From IMG/VR virus record IMGVR_UViG_3300016662_000029, positions 1 through 27,767 of that record: a stretch of 27,767 nt of DNA, one strand, 5' to 3'. Below the pieces are notes generated by a model. The model was given only the letters and a program-made list of their open reading frames with translations, made no database searches and was not told where the DNA came from. Source of the DNA: a virus (Duplodnaviria; Caudoviricetes). A program made the position numbers and the translations under genes. Below, piece by piece: positions 6,495-15,105 of the stretch (position 1 is its first letter; each line of letters starts with the position of its first letter).

Positions 6495-8174
6495 ATGCCT
6501 GAGTGGTCAACAGCCATGCCCGACTGGGCGGACCGTATTCGGGCTGGCCGTTCCATCATCCCTCCGCCCATCTTTCCCGATGAGGCGGAGCGCGGTTTGT
6601 CGGTGATGCGCGAGCTGCGGATCATGGATGCGCCGGGCAGCCCGACCATCGGCAATGCATGCGCGCCATGGGTGATGGATCTAGCCGCCTCGATCTTCGG
6701 CGCCTATGACGCGGAGTCTGGGCGCCGGCTGATCACTGAGTGGTTCGTCTGCGTGCCCAAGAAGAATTCGAAGTCGAGCATTGCGGCTGCCGTAATGCTG
6801 ACGTGCTTGATCCTCAACTGGCGCCAGTCGGCTGAGTTCTCGGTGCTGGCCCCCACGGTTGAAGTTGCGAACAACGCGTTCGCGCCGGCCAGGGACATGT
6901 GCAGCGAGAAGGCCGACGAAGAGCTCAGTGAGCTGATGCAGGTACAGACCCACATCAAGACCATCACACACCGCGAAAGCGGTGCGGCCTTGAAGGTACT
7001 GGCCGCCGATCAGAACACGGTGGGCGGCAAGAAGTCGGTGGGCACCCTGGTGGATGAGCTCCACCTGTTCGGCAAGATGGCCAGTGCGGAGAACATGTTT
7101 CGCGAGGCCTTGGGTGGCCTGGCGTCACGCCCCGAAGGATTCGTGATCTGGCTGACCACCCAGTCGGACGAGCCGCCGGCCGGGATCTTCAAGCAGAAGC
7201 TGGATTACGCCCGCCAGGTGCGCGATGGCAAGATCATTGATCCAGCCTTCGTGCCGATCATCTTCGAGCACCCGCCCGAGATGGTTGCAAGCGGCGAAGC
7301 CATGAAGCTCGAGAACATGGCGATGGTGAACCCCAATTTGGGGTACTCGGTCGACCAGGCCTTTCTGGAACGTGAGTTCAAGAAGGCTGAGATGGCCGGG
7401 CCTGAGTCCTTTCGGGGGTTCATGGCCAAACATGCCAACGTCGAAATCGGCCTCAACCTGCGCAGCGACCGCTGGGCTGGAGCCGACTTCTGGGCTGGCG
7501 CCGCCATCCCGGTTTTCAGCCTCGAGGAACTGCTGGCGCGCTGCGAGGTGGCCACCATCGGGATCGACGGCGGCGGCCTGGACGACATGCTGGGCCTGGC
7601 AGTGATCGGGCGTGAAACCGCCACCGGCCGCTGGCTGGTCTGGTGCCGGGCATGGATTCATCCCATCGCCATGGAGCGTCGCAAGGCCGAGGCACCGCGG
7701 TATCACGACTTCATCAAGTCGGGCGACCTGGTGCTGGTCGAGAAGATGGGCCAAGACTTGCTGCAGGTGGTGGCCATCGTCACCCAGGTGGTGGATGCGG
7801 GCCTGCTGGACAAGATCGGCGTCGACCGGGCTGGCCTGGGCGGCATCTACGACGCCCTGGTGGGCACTGAGGACGAACCCGGGCCGGTGACTGCCGACGA
7901 TGTGGTGGGCATTCCGCAGGGCTGGCAGCTCAATGGCGCGATCAAGACGGCCGAGCGCCGCCTGGCCTCGATGACCATGCAGCACGGCGGCACTGAGTTG
8001 ATGGCCTGGTGCGTGGGAAATGCAAAGGTGGTGGCCGTGGGCAACGCCATCTCCATCACGAAGCAGGCGAGCGGCTTCGCCAAGATCGACCCGCTCATGG
8101 CCACCCTGAACGCCGTCTACCTGATGGCGCTCAACCCCGCCAGCAAAGGCAAATCCTTCTGGGACACAGAGTGA
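6495..8174 (+). CDS. terL: Terminase large subunit (Terminase_1 family)
   Basis: Walker A variant PKKNSKS, Walker B TLVDELH, LTTQSDEPP, nuclease motifs GIDGGGLDD and KIDP. Confidence 0.95.
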   Translation: MPEWSTAMPDWADRIRAGRSIIPPPIFPDEAERGLSVMRELRIMDAPGSPTIGNACAPWVMDLAASIFGAYDAESGRRLITEWFVCVPKKNSKSSIAAAVMLTCLILNWRQSAEFSVLAPTVEVANNAFAPARDMCSEKADEELSELMQVQTHIKTITHRESGAALKVLAADQNTVGGKKSVGTLVDELHLFGKMASAENMFREALGGLASRPEGFVIWLTTQSDEPPAGIFKQKLDYARQVRDGKIIDPAFVPIIFEHPPEMVASGEAMKLENMAMVNPNLGYSVDQAFLEREFKKAEMAGPESFRGFMAKHANVEIGLNLRSDRWAGADFWAGAAIPVFSLEELLARCEVATIGIDGGGLDDMLGLAVIGRETATGRWLVWCRAWIHPIAMERRKAEAPRYHDFIKSGDLVLVEKMGQDLLQVVAIVTQVVDAGLLDKIGVDRAGLGGIYDALVGTEDEPGPVTADDVVGIPQGWQLNGAIKTAERRLASMTMQHGGTELMAWCVGNAKVVAVGNAISITKQASGFAKIDPLMATLNAVYLMALNPASKGKSFWDTE

Positions 8175-9391
8175 AATTCTTCGACCGACTTCTTGGGCGC
8201 AAGGCTGCCCAGCTCACCTACGACCAGGTGGCCGACCTGATCGATGGCGTGGGCGGCGGCGTGGTCGCTGGGGTCACGGTCACCGAGAAGACCGCGCTCC
8301 AGGTTTCCACGGTGCTGGGCTGTGTGAAGGTGATCGCTGATGGTTGCGCCACGCCGCGGCTGAATGTCTTCCGTGAGAAAGCTGACGGAACGCGGGAAAA
8401 GGCGACCAACATCCCTGAGTACCGCCTGCTGAGCCGCCGCCCGAACGAGTGGCAAACCAGCTTTGAGTGGCGTCGGATGATGACCGCCCACGCGGTTCTG
8501 ACGGGGGCAGGCCTGTCGATCAAGGTGCGCGGGGTCAACAACCGAGTGCAGGAGCTGATCCCGGTGGAGCCGGGGCACTGGGATGTTCGGCATGTGTCGC
8601 GCTACGAGCTGGTGTACCGGTGCTGGGACCAGTTCGGCGTGATCGGCGAGTTCAAGCCTGATGACGTTTTTCTGATCAACGGACTGCAATGGGAATGGAC
8701 CAAGCACCTGGACGCAGTGAAGTTGGCGCGATCGGCTGTGGGCCTGGCACTGGCCACCGAGCGCAGTCAGGCAGCCATGCATGCCAACGGCCTCCGGTCC
8801 AGTGGCACCTACAGCGTCGAGGGAACTCTGACGCCCCTGCAGCAGGAGCGCATGACAGCCTGGCTGGCACGTAAGACGGGCCCGGACAAGACGGGCATCC
8901 CGCTGGTGCTGGACCGGGCCGCCAAGTGGTTCCCCACCACCATGACCGGGGTGGATGCGCAGCATATTGAGACCCGGCGCACCCAGGTTGAAGAGATCTG
9001 TCGGTGCTATGGGGTGTTTCCGATCATGGTCGGCCACTCCGACAAGACCAGCACGTTTGCCAGCTCGGAGGCCTTCTTTGCGGCCCACCTGATCCACACA
9101 CTGGCGCCATGGCACACCGCCTGGAACCAGCGCATGGACGAGATGCTGCTGGACGGGGCCGGACCGCTGTTCACCGAGTTCGACACCCGCTACATGCGCG
9201 CTGGATCGATCAAAGACCGGGCCGTCTATGCCCGAACCATGATCGAAATGGGCCTGATGAGCCCCAACGAATACCGCGACGAAGAGGGCAGGGACCCGCG
9301 TCCTGGCGGTGATGAGTACCTCAAGCCGATGAACATGAGCAGCGGCAGTAACCAAGGGGGCAGCAATGCGAACCAAAATCAAGGCGCCTGA
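8171..9391 (+). CDS. HK97-family portal protein
   Basis: GTGA overlap with terL. ALQVSTVLGCVKVIA, RRPNEWQTSFEWR and MSPNEYR..PRPGGDE motifs. Confidence 0.93.
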   Translation: MKFFDRLLGRKAAQLTYDQVADLIDGVGGGVVAGVTVTEKTALQVSTVLGCVKVIADGCATPRLNVFREKADGTREKATNIPEYRLLSRRPNEWQTSFEWRRMMTAHAVLTGAGLSIKVRGVNNRVQELIPVEPGHWDVRHVSRYELVYRCWDQFGVIGEFKPDDVFLINGLQWEWTKHLDAVKLARSAVGLALATERSQAAMHANGLRSSGTYSVEGTLTPLQQERMTAWLARKTGPDKTGIPLVLDRAAKWFPTTMTGVDAQHIETRRTQVEEICRCYGVFPIMVGHSDKTSTFASSEAFFAAHLIHTLAPWHTAWNQRMDEMLLDGAGPLFTEFDTRYMRAGSIKDRAVYARTMIEMGLMSPNEYRDEEGRDPRPGGDEYLKPMNMSSGSNQGGSNANQNQGA

Positions 9392-10079
9392 GCGCCGCGC
9401 CGCACCAGGCGGCCGCGAGACCCGCTCTTTTGCGCTCGAAGTCAAGGCCAACGCTGACGGCACGATTGAGGGCTACGGCTCCATGTTCGGCGTCCGCGAC
9501 AACTACGACGACGTGATCACGGCAGGCGCGTTTGCCGCCAGCCTGGCCGAGCACAAGGCCAGCGGCACCATGCCGGCCATGCTGTGGCAGCACGAAGCCG
9601 ATGACCCCATTGGCGTCTGGACCGAGATGGTCGAGGACTCCAAGGGGCTGCGCGTCAAGGGTCAGCTCTGCCTGGAGACCGCGCAGGGCAAAGAAGCCCA
9701 TGCGCTGCTGAAGATGGGCGCCATCAATGGCCTGTCCATCGGCTTCATGTGTGTGCCGGGCACCTCCAAATACAACGACGAGGGCGTGCGCATCCTCACG
9801 CAGATCGACCTGTGGGAGGTCTCCCTGGTCACCTTCCCGGCCAACGAAATGGCCCGGGTCACCAATGTCAAGGCCTCGGCCGATGAGCTGCAGGCCCCCA
9901 AAGATGCTGAACGAATCCTGCGTGATGCCGGGTTCAGCAAGTCCGACGCGACGGCCTTTGTGTCGCGCGTCATGCGGATGGGAGAAGTGCGGAGAGATTC
10001 CGTTGATTCGACCGCCGTGGCAATGAAAGCAGCCGATCGGCTGCTCCGTTCCCTCACATCCTCTAAGGAATCGAAATGA
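9366..10079 (+). CDS. HK97-family prohead protease
   Basis: IEGYGSMF, MLWQH..PIGVW, GLSIGF and LWEVSLVTFPAN motifs. Confidence 0.95.
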   Translation: MRTKIKAPERRAAPGGRETRSFALEVKANADGTIEGYGSMFGVRDNYDDVITAGAFAASLAEHKASGTMPAMLWQHEADDPIGVWTEMVEDSKGLRVKGQLCLETAQGKEAHALLKMGAINGLSIGFMCVPGTSKYNDEGVRILTQIDLWEVSLVTFPANEMARVTNVKASADELQAPKDAERILRDAGFSKSDATAFVSRVMRMGEVRRDSVDSTAVAMKAADRLLRSLTSSKESK

Positions 10080-11488
10080 AAAAGTCTCTGCTGGCCGTCA
10101 TGGCCATCCACATGGCCGCCTTCTCGGCCAAAGCCGCTTCCTTCCCGGTGTACGAGCGCCGCGATGACCCCACGATCAAGTCTGTGGCCGATGCCTTGGA
10201 CAAGATCGCCACCGCGTTCGATGAGTACAAAAAAACCAACGACGCCCGCATCGAAGCTGCCCTGGCCGGCAAGTCCACCAGCGACTTCGACGCCAAGCTG
10301 GCCGCCATCGATGCCCGCATTGACGGAATCAACGAGGTCAAGACCAAGCTCGAGAAAGTCGAGCTGAAGCTGGCCCGCCCCGGCTCTCTGACCGGTGGCG
10401 ACGGCCAAAAGGGTGAATCTGCCGAAGAGATGGCATACAAACAGGCGCTGGTGTCGTGGATTCGTAACCCCAGCGACCCGGAACGCCGCGACGCGTTGTA
10501 TCGCAGCGGCAAGGAACTGAAGAAGCTCCAGGCTCGATCTGCCGAAGACGACGCCGAATGGAGCCGCCTGATGGAAACCCGCTCCACACAGACTGTGGTC
10601 GGCACCAATGCCGCCGGCGGCTACGCGCTGCCCAAGACCATTGAGCAGCAGATCGCTCGCCTGTCGGTAGATATCTCGCCGATCCGCCAGATCGCCACCG
10701 TGCGCACCGTGGGCACCACCGACTACCACGAGCTGTTCGATGTGAACGGCACTGGCTTCGAGTGGCTGGGCGAAGGTGATACCCGCAATCAGACCAACAC
10801 CTCTGATCTGAACGAGATCGTGCCGACCTTCGGCATGGCCAGCGCCAAGCCGCAGGCCTCCGAGGAATCGCTCGATGACTTGTTCTTCGACGTCGAGGGC
10901 TGGCTGAACATGTCCGCCGCCGAGGCCATCGCCCAGGGCGAAGGCGCTGCCTTCATAACCGGCAATGGCACCAAAAAGCCCACCGGCTTCTTGGCTGGCC
11001 CGACTCCGGTCACCACCGGCGACAGCACGCGCGCCTTCGGAACGCTGCAATACTTCGCCTCTGGCCAGGCCGCCGCTCTTCCGACCAGCGCTGATGTCTT
11101 CCTGGACATGGTCTACGGCATTCGTGCCCGCTACCGCTCCAACGCCCGCTGGGTGACCAGCAAGCTGGTGTTGGCTGGCATGCGCAAGTACAAGGACTCG
11201 ACCGGGCAGTACCTGTGGCAACCGGCCCTCACTGCCGGTCAGCCATCGACCTTCCTGGGCTACGAGATCACCGAGGCCGAAGACATGCCTGCCGTGGCCG
11301 CCAACGCCTTCCCGCTCGCCTTCGGAGACTTCAAGGAAGGCTATCTGATCGCCGATCGCGTCGGCATGCGCATCACCCGCGACGAAATCACCACCCCGGG
11401 CTTCGTCAAGTTCTACGTGCGCAAGCGCGTGGGCGGCAAGCTGCGCAACACCCAGGCCATCAAGCTGCTGAAGATCGCAACCTCCTGA
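10076..11488 (+). CDS. HK97-fold major capsid protein with N-terminal scaffolding (delta) domain
   Basis: Coiled-coil N-terminus; GGYALP, AFITGNGTKKPTGFL, KDSTGQYLWQP, FGDFKEGY and KRVGG motifs. Confidence 0.95.
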   Translation: MKKSLLAVMAIHMAAFSAKAASFPVYERRDDPTIKSVADALDKIATAFDEYKKTNDARIEAALAGKSTSDFDAKLAAIDARIDGINEVKTKLEKVELKLARPGSLTGGDGQKGESAEEMAYKQALVSWIRNPSDPERRDALYRSGKELKKLQARSAEDDAEWSRLMETRSTQTVVGTNAAGGYALPKTIEQQIARLSVDISPIRQIATVRTVGTTDYHELFDVNGTGFEWLGEGDTRNQTNTSDLNEIVPTFGMASAKPQASEESLDDLFFDVEGWLNMSAAEAIAQGEGAAFITGNGTKKPTGFLAGPTPVTTGDSTRAFGTLQYFASGQAAALPTSADVFLDMVYGIRARYRSNARWVTSKLVLAGMRKYKDSTGQYLWQPALTAGQPSTFLGYEITEAEDMPAVAANAFPLAFGDFKEGYLIADRVGMRITRDEITTPGFVKFYVRKRVGGKLRNTQAIKLLKIATS

Positions 11489-11515
11489 TCAGCCGCCTGA
11501 CCCATCGTCAACCCT

Positions 11516-11543
11516 GAGAGGCCCCTTCACTGGGGCCTTTCTC
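11516..11543 (+). terminator. Hairpin/terminator after the capsid gene
   Basis: GAGAGGCCCC-TTCACT-GGGGCCTTTCTC. Confidence 0.65.
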
Positions 11544-11556
11544 ATTGGAGAGGCAC

Positions 11557-11775
11557 ATGCCTGAAACCAAAAAGACGCGCCTGAAGGCGAAAACCGACTT
11601 CTCTTGGGCGTTCCGCGGCTGCGATGTCGTGGAGTTCAAGGAAGGTGAGGACATCGACACCGACGACCAGGATCTGGTCGATGTGGCCACTGCCGAAGGC
11701 TGGGCCGACGAAATCGGTGAGGATGGCAAGCCCGTCAAGCGCCAGACCAAGGCCGAGGCCAAGAAGGCCGCCTGA
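11557..11775 (+). CDS. Small head-associated hypothetical protein
   Basis: GGAGAGG RBS; 72 aa, located between capsid and connector. Confidence 0.75.
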   Translation: MPETKKTRLKAKTDFSWAFRGCDVVEFKEGEDIDTDDQDLVDVATAEGWADEIGEDGKPVKRQTKAEAKKAA

Positions 11776-11777
11776 CC

Positions 11778-12341
11778 ATGGGCCTGCGCCGCACCTCCTC
11801 CCCCGGTACCGAGCCGGTGAGCCTGGCCGAGGCCAAGCTGCATCTGCGCGTGGACCACGACGCCGAGGACGCCTTGATCAGCGCGCTGATCGTGTCCGCC
11901 CGCACGGATTGCGAGGATCGGCTGCAGCGCTCCCTGATCACCACCGGCTGGGAATGGACCCTGGACGCCTTCGGCGATCTGGGCTACATCCCCCGCCCCC
12001 CGCTGGTCTCTGTGACCAGCCTCAAATACTTCGACGCCGCTGGCACCCTGCAGACCCTGGACCCAAGCGCCTACCTGGTCGACCCGGGCGGCGAGCAGCC
12101 CGGCCGCCTGGAGCCCGTGACTCAATGGCCATTTGCTCAGGACCGCCTGAACGCCGTGACGGTGGCCTACCAGGCCGGCTACGGCAGCAATGCAGCCGAT
12201 GTGCCGGCGCCGATCCGTCAGTGGATCCTGCTGGCCGTGGGCGACATGTACGCCAACCGCGAGCGCTCGAGCGACCGCCCGGCCGTGGGCCAGGACTTCG
12301 CAGACGGCTTGCTGGACCCCTATCGGGTGTGGGTGCTCTGA
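11778..12341 (+). CDS. Head-tail connector (gp6-like / phiE125 gp8 family)
   Basis: EPVSLAEAKLHLRVDHDAEDALISALI..VPAPIRQWILLAVGDMYANRE. Confidence 0.92.
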   Translation: MGLRRTSSPGTEPVSLAEAKLHLRVDHDAEDALISALIVSARTDCEDRLQRSLITTGWEWTLDAFGDLGYIPRPPLVSVTSLKYFDAAGTLQTLDPSAYLVDPGGEQPGRLEPVTQWPFAQDRLNAVTVAYQAGYGSNAADVPAPIRQWILLAVGDMYANRERSSDRPAVGQDFADGLLDPYRVWVL

Positions 12342-12658
12342 TGACGGCCGGCCAGCTCAACAGCCGGGTGTCGATCCAGACCCGGGCCGCCGGCCAGGAT
12401 GCCCTGGGCCAGCCTCTGGAGACCTGGACCACGCTTGCCACCGTGTGGGCCAACATCCGGCACCCGAGCGGGTCTGAGGCCATCCGAGCCGACGCTCAGG
12501 CCTCGATCGTGCGCGCCTCCATCCGGGTGCGGCTGCGCACCGATGTGACGGCCCGCATGCGCGTGGTGCACGGCGCCACGACCTACGAAATCAAGGCCGT
12601 GCTGCCCGATGTGGTGCACGGCGAGTTCATGGACCTGGTGTGCGAGGTGATTTCATGA
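12341..12658 (+). CDS. Head closure / head-tail adaptor (SPP1 gp16-like)
   Basis: TGATG coupling; AGQLNSRVSIQ..DALGQP..W..VWANI..MRVVHG..YEIKAVLPD. Confidence 0.9.
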   Translation: MTAGQLNSRVSIQTRAAGQDALGQPLETWTTLATVWANIRHPSGSEAIRADAQASIVRASIRVRLRTDVTARMRVVHGATTYEIKAVLPDVVHGEFMDLVCEVIS

Positions 12659-13134
12659 GCCAGCATTTCGGGATCAGCGTCAATCTGGGCGATCTGGACG
12701 CCATGCTAGACGAGAAGGCCGAGGTGGTCGAAGAGGCTGCCCGACCGGCCGCCCAGGCCGCGGCCCAGGTGTTGTACGACGAGGTGCGCCGCAATGTTGC
12801 CTCCATTGGGCGCAAGACCGGAAATCTGGCGGCCTCGATCTACCAGGCTTACAGCAAGGACAACTCCGGCCCTGGCCGCGCCACCTACCACGTCAGTTGG
12901 AATGCCAAGCGGGCGCCGCACGGGCACCTGGTGGAGTTCGGCCACATCCAGAAATACAAGGTGGTGCTGAACAAGAAGACTGGCCGCTGGGTGACGCTGA
13001 AGAAGCGGCCGCTGGCAAAGCCCATCCAGCGCGCCGCACATCCGTTTGTGCGCCCCGCCATCAACAAGCTGGACCAAGCCCTTGAGGCAGCCAAGGCCGA
13101 GATGCTGGCCAGGCTGGGGAGCGTCACGAAATGA
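12655..13134 (+). CDS. HK97 gp10 family neck protein
   Basis: KTGNLAASI, HGHLVEFGH and AHPFVRPA motifs; ATGA overlap. Confidence 0.88.
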   Translation: MSQHFGISVNLGDLDAMLDEKAEVVEEAARPAAQAAAQVLYDEVRRNVASIGRKTGNLAASIYQAYSKDNSGPGRATYHVSWNAKRAPHGHLVEFGHIQKYKVVLNKKTGRWVTLKKRPLAKPIQRAAHPFVRPAINKLDQALEAAKAEMLARLGSVTK

Positions 13135-13484
13135 GCCTTGAGGCTGATCTGCACACCCTCCTGCAGGGCCTGTGCCCCCGGGTGTTCCCCGACTTTGCTG
13201 ACACCAGCACCCAGCGCCCATATGTGACCTACCAGGGTATCGGCGGGCGCTCGCTGGCGTATGTGGACGGCACCCAGGCCGACAAGCGCAACAGCCAGAT
13301 TCAGATCAATGCCTGGGCGTCGACCCGGGCCGAAGCGCTGACGCTGATTCGATCGATCGAACTGGCCTTGATTGGCAGCACGGCCTGGCAGTGCAAGGCG
13401 CTGGCCGAGCCCCAATGGGACAACGATGAAGAGCTGGGCCTGCGCGGATGCCGTCAGGACTTTGACATCTGGGCCGCCAGGTAG
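13131..13484 (+). CDS. Tail terminator/completion protein (DUF3168-like)
   Basis: RVFPD..RPYVTYQGIGG..QINAWA; positioned before the tail tube gene. Confidence 0.85.
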   Translation: MSLEADLHTLLQGLCPRVFPDFADTSTQRPYVTYQGIGGRSLAYVDGTQADKRNSQIQINAWASTRAEALTLIRSIELALIGSTAWQCKALAEPQWDNDEELGLRGCRQDFDIWAAR

Positions 13485-13503
13485 GCCCCTGCAACCCAAA
13501 CAC

Positions 13504-13538
13504 AACCCGCCCCGGGCAACCGCGGCGGGTTTTTTCTT
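13504..13538 (+). terminator. Intrinsic terminator-like hairpin before the tail tube gene
   Basis: AACCCGCC..GGCGGGTT followed by TTTTCTT. Confidence 0.7.
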
Positions 13539-13591
13539 GCCCGTCTCGGGCGCAACCGGCCCCAGGGCCACATCTGAAGAGGAGCCACAAA

Positions 13592-14236
13592 ATGGCACAA
13601 GTACCGACCGGGACGCTGTTTTTCATCGCGTCCGCCTACGCTGCATCCAAGACCGTCACAGCCGTGACCAACGCCACGGAGGCCGTGGTGACCAGCGCCG
13701 CCCACGGCTTCACCGCTGGCGATGCGGTGGAAATCACCTCGGGCTGGGGCCGCATCAACCGCCGTGTCTACGAGATCGGCGCCGTGACCACCGACAGCTT
13801 CAAGCTGGTGGGCCAGGACACGACCAACACCACCTTCTTCCCGGCCGGCTTGGGCATTGGCTCGGTGCGCAAGATCACGGCCTTCCAGCAGATCACCAGC
13901 ATCACCAGCGCCTCTTCCAGTGGCGGCGATGCCAAGCCGGTGGAATTCAAGTTCCTGGAAAGCGATGTGGCCTACACCATCAACGACGGGTTCTCGGCCA
14001 CCAGTTACAACCTGGAAATGGATGCCGACGCGTTCAGCTCGGCCGGCTACGCCGCGCTCAAGTCGCTGACCGAGGTGCAGACCGACACCTGCCTGAAGAT
14101 GACTACCCGCAACGGCGCGCGCGTCTACCAACCCTGCACCGTGGCCCTGAATGAGGCCATCCAACTGGCTGACGGCCAGATCAACAAGGTCAAGTGCGCC
14201 TTCAACGGCAATAACCGCCTGACCCGCTTCGCCTGA
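13592..14236 (+). CDS. Major tail tube protein
   Basis: GAGGAG RBS, strong codon bias, 214 aa, TNATEAVVTSAAHG..SGWGRIN..R; precedes the chaperones and tape measure gene. Confidence 0.88.
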   Translation: MAQVPTGTLFFIASAYAASKTVTAVTNATEAVVTSAAHGFTAGDAVEITSGWGRINRRVYEIGAVTTDSFKLVGQDTTNTTFFPAGLGIGSVRKITAFQQITSITSASSSGGDAKPVEFKFLESDVAYTINDGFSATSYNLEMDADAFSSAGYAALKSLTEVQTDTCLKMTTRNGARVYQPCTVALNEAIQLADGQINKVKCAFNGNNRLTRFA

Positions 14237-14242
14237 TCCACC

Positions 14243-14341
14243 GGGCGAAAGCCCATCACCCTGCACCGACCCAGCTGCGTTCGCTCTTCGCAGGAGCGGC
14301 GCGGCTGGGCACGGGCACCTTTTCCACTCTCCTGCGAAAGA
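14243..14341 (+). promoter_or_regulatory. Structured intergenic RNA element upstream of the tail chaperone
   Basis: GGGC-GAAA-GCCC hairpin, a long hairpin at 14262-14317, and 14287-14296 complementary to 14329-14338. Confidence 0.55.
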
Positions 14342-14349
14342 CCAATCAC

Positions 14350-14748
14350 ATGGCCAAGATCGTTCTGGGCAAGCGCCCCGCCAACTTCAAGAAGACCGTC
14401 ACCATCCCGATGCTGGACGGCACCAAGGGCACCATCGAATGCGTGTTCAAGTACCGCACCAAGCGTGAGTTTGGCGAAATGGTTGATGATCTGTTCAACC
14501 AGGGCAAGACCAACCAGGAAGAAGCCCCCGCTGGCGAAGATGCGCCGAAGTTCTCCGTCGCCGAGGCGCTGGCCAAGGCCGTTGACGCCAACGCCAAGTA
14601 CCTGCTGCAGCTCCTGGAGGGCTGGAATCTGGATGTCGACCTGAGCGAAGAGGCGCTGGAGCAACTCTCCGACGAACTGCCTGGCGCTGCCGCTGCCATC
14701 ATGGAGACCTACCGGGCCGCCTGCACCGAAGGCCGACTGGGAAACTGA
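14350..14748 (+). CDS. Tail assembly chaperone (gpG analogue)
   Basis: Between tail tube and tape measure genes; ends GRLGN* over the slippery sequence GGGAAAC. Confidence 0.9.
   Translation: MAKIVLGKRPANFKKTVTIPMLDGTKGTIECVFKYRTKREFGEMVDDLFNQGKTNQEEAPAGEDAPKFSVAEALAKAVDANAKYLLQLLEGWNLDVDLSEEALEQLSDELPGAAAAIMETYRAACTEGRLGN
14739..14745 (+). promoter_or_regulatory. -1 programmed ribosomal frameshift site G GGA AAC
   Basis: X XXY YYZ heptamer just before the stop. The -1 frame is open from 14745 into the ORF ending at 15071. Confidence 0.85.
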
Positions 14749-15071
14749 GGGCGGCCACCGCCGCGCACTTCACCCCCATGCCCTCCGAGGAGGAGATGGC
14801 CCAGATGGGCTTCACCCCGGAGGATTACGAAGACGACGAGGTGCTGGAGGTCTGGCCAGAGAACTGGCGGATCTTCACGATCTTCACCTCGCTGGGCGGC
14901 CAGTGGCTGCGGGGTGGCATGAACGGCCAGCCCTACGCCCTCAACTACCCATCCCTCTACCCACTCTTGGACCGGGCATTTCCTGATCCAGAGGAGTGGG
15001 ATGAGGCTTTCACCGATGTGCGGGTGATGGAAATCGAAGCGCTCAAGACCATGAGCAAGCACAGCGAATAG
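14745..15071 (+). CDS. Tail chaperone frameshift extension (gpT analogue, DUF1799-like)
   Basis: EVWPENW..F..LGGQW..ALNY..VRVMEIEAL; in the -1 frame relative to the upstream chaperone. Internal ATG at 14778. Confidence 0.85.
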   Translation: MRAATAAHFTPMPSEEEMAQMGFTPEDYEDDEVLEVWPENWRIFTIFTSLGGQWLRGGMNGQPYALNYPSLYPLLDRAFPDPEEWDEAFTDVRVMEIEALKTMSKHSE

Positions 15072-15090
15072 GCCCCTCGGGGCCTTTCCC
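15070..15090 (+). terminator. Short hairpin before the tape measure gene
   Basis: AGGCCCC-TC-GGGGCCT followed by TTCCC; weak U-tract. Confidence 0.35.
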
Positions 15091-15105
15091 ATTTCCGGGG
15101 ACCGA

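Noticed and set aside
6756-6779. TerL Walker A lacking the canonical Gly (PKKNSKS)
   Set aside because: A variant I recognise in this terminase subfamily; the rest of the gene is intact, so it is not evidence of inactivation.
10076-10165. Signal-peptide-like N-terminus of the capsid protein
   Set aside because: Part of the cleaved scaffolding domain of an HK97-type capsid; no reason to infer export.
8117-11221. Long minus-strand ORFs (448 and 519 aa)
   Set aside because: Shadows of the portal, protease and capsid genes.
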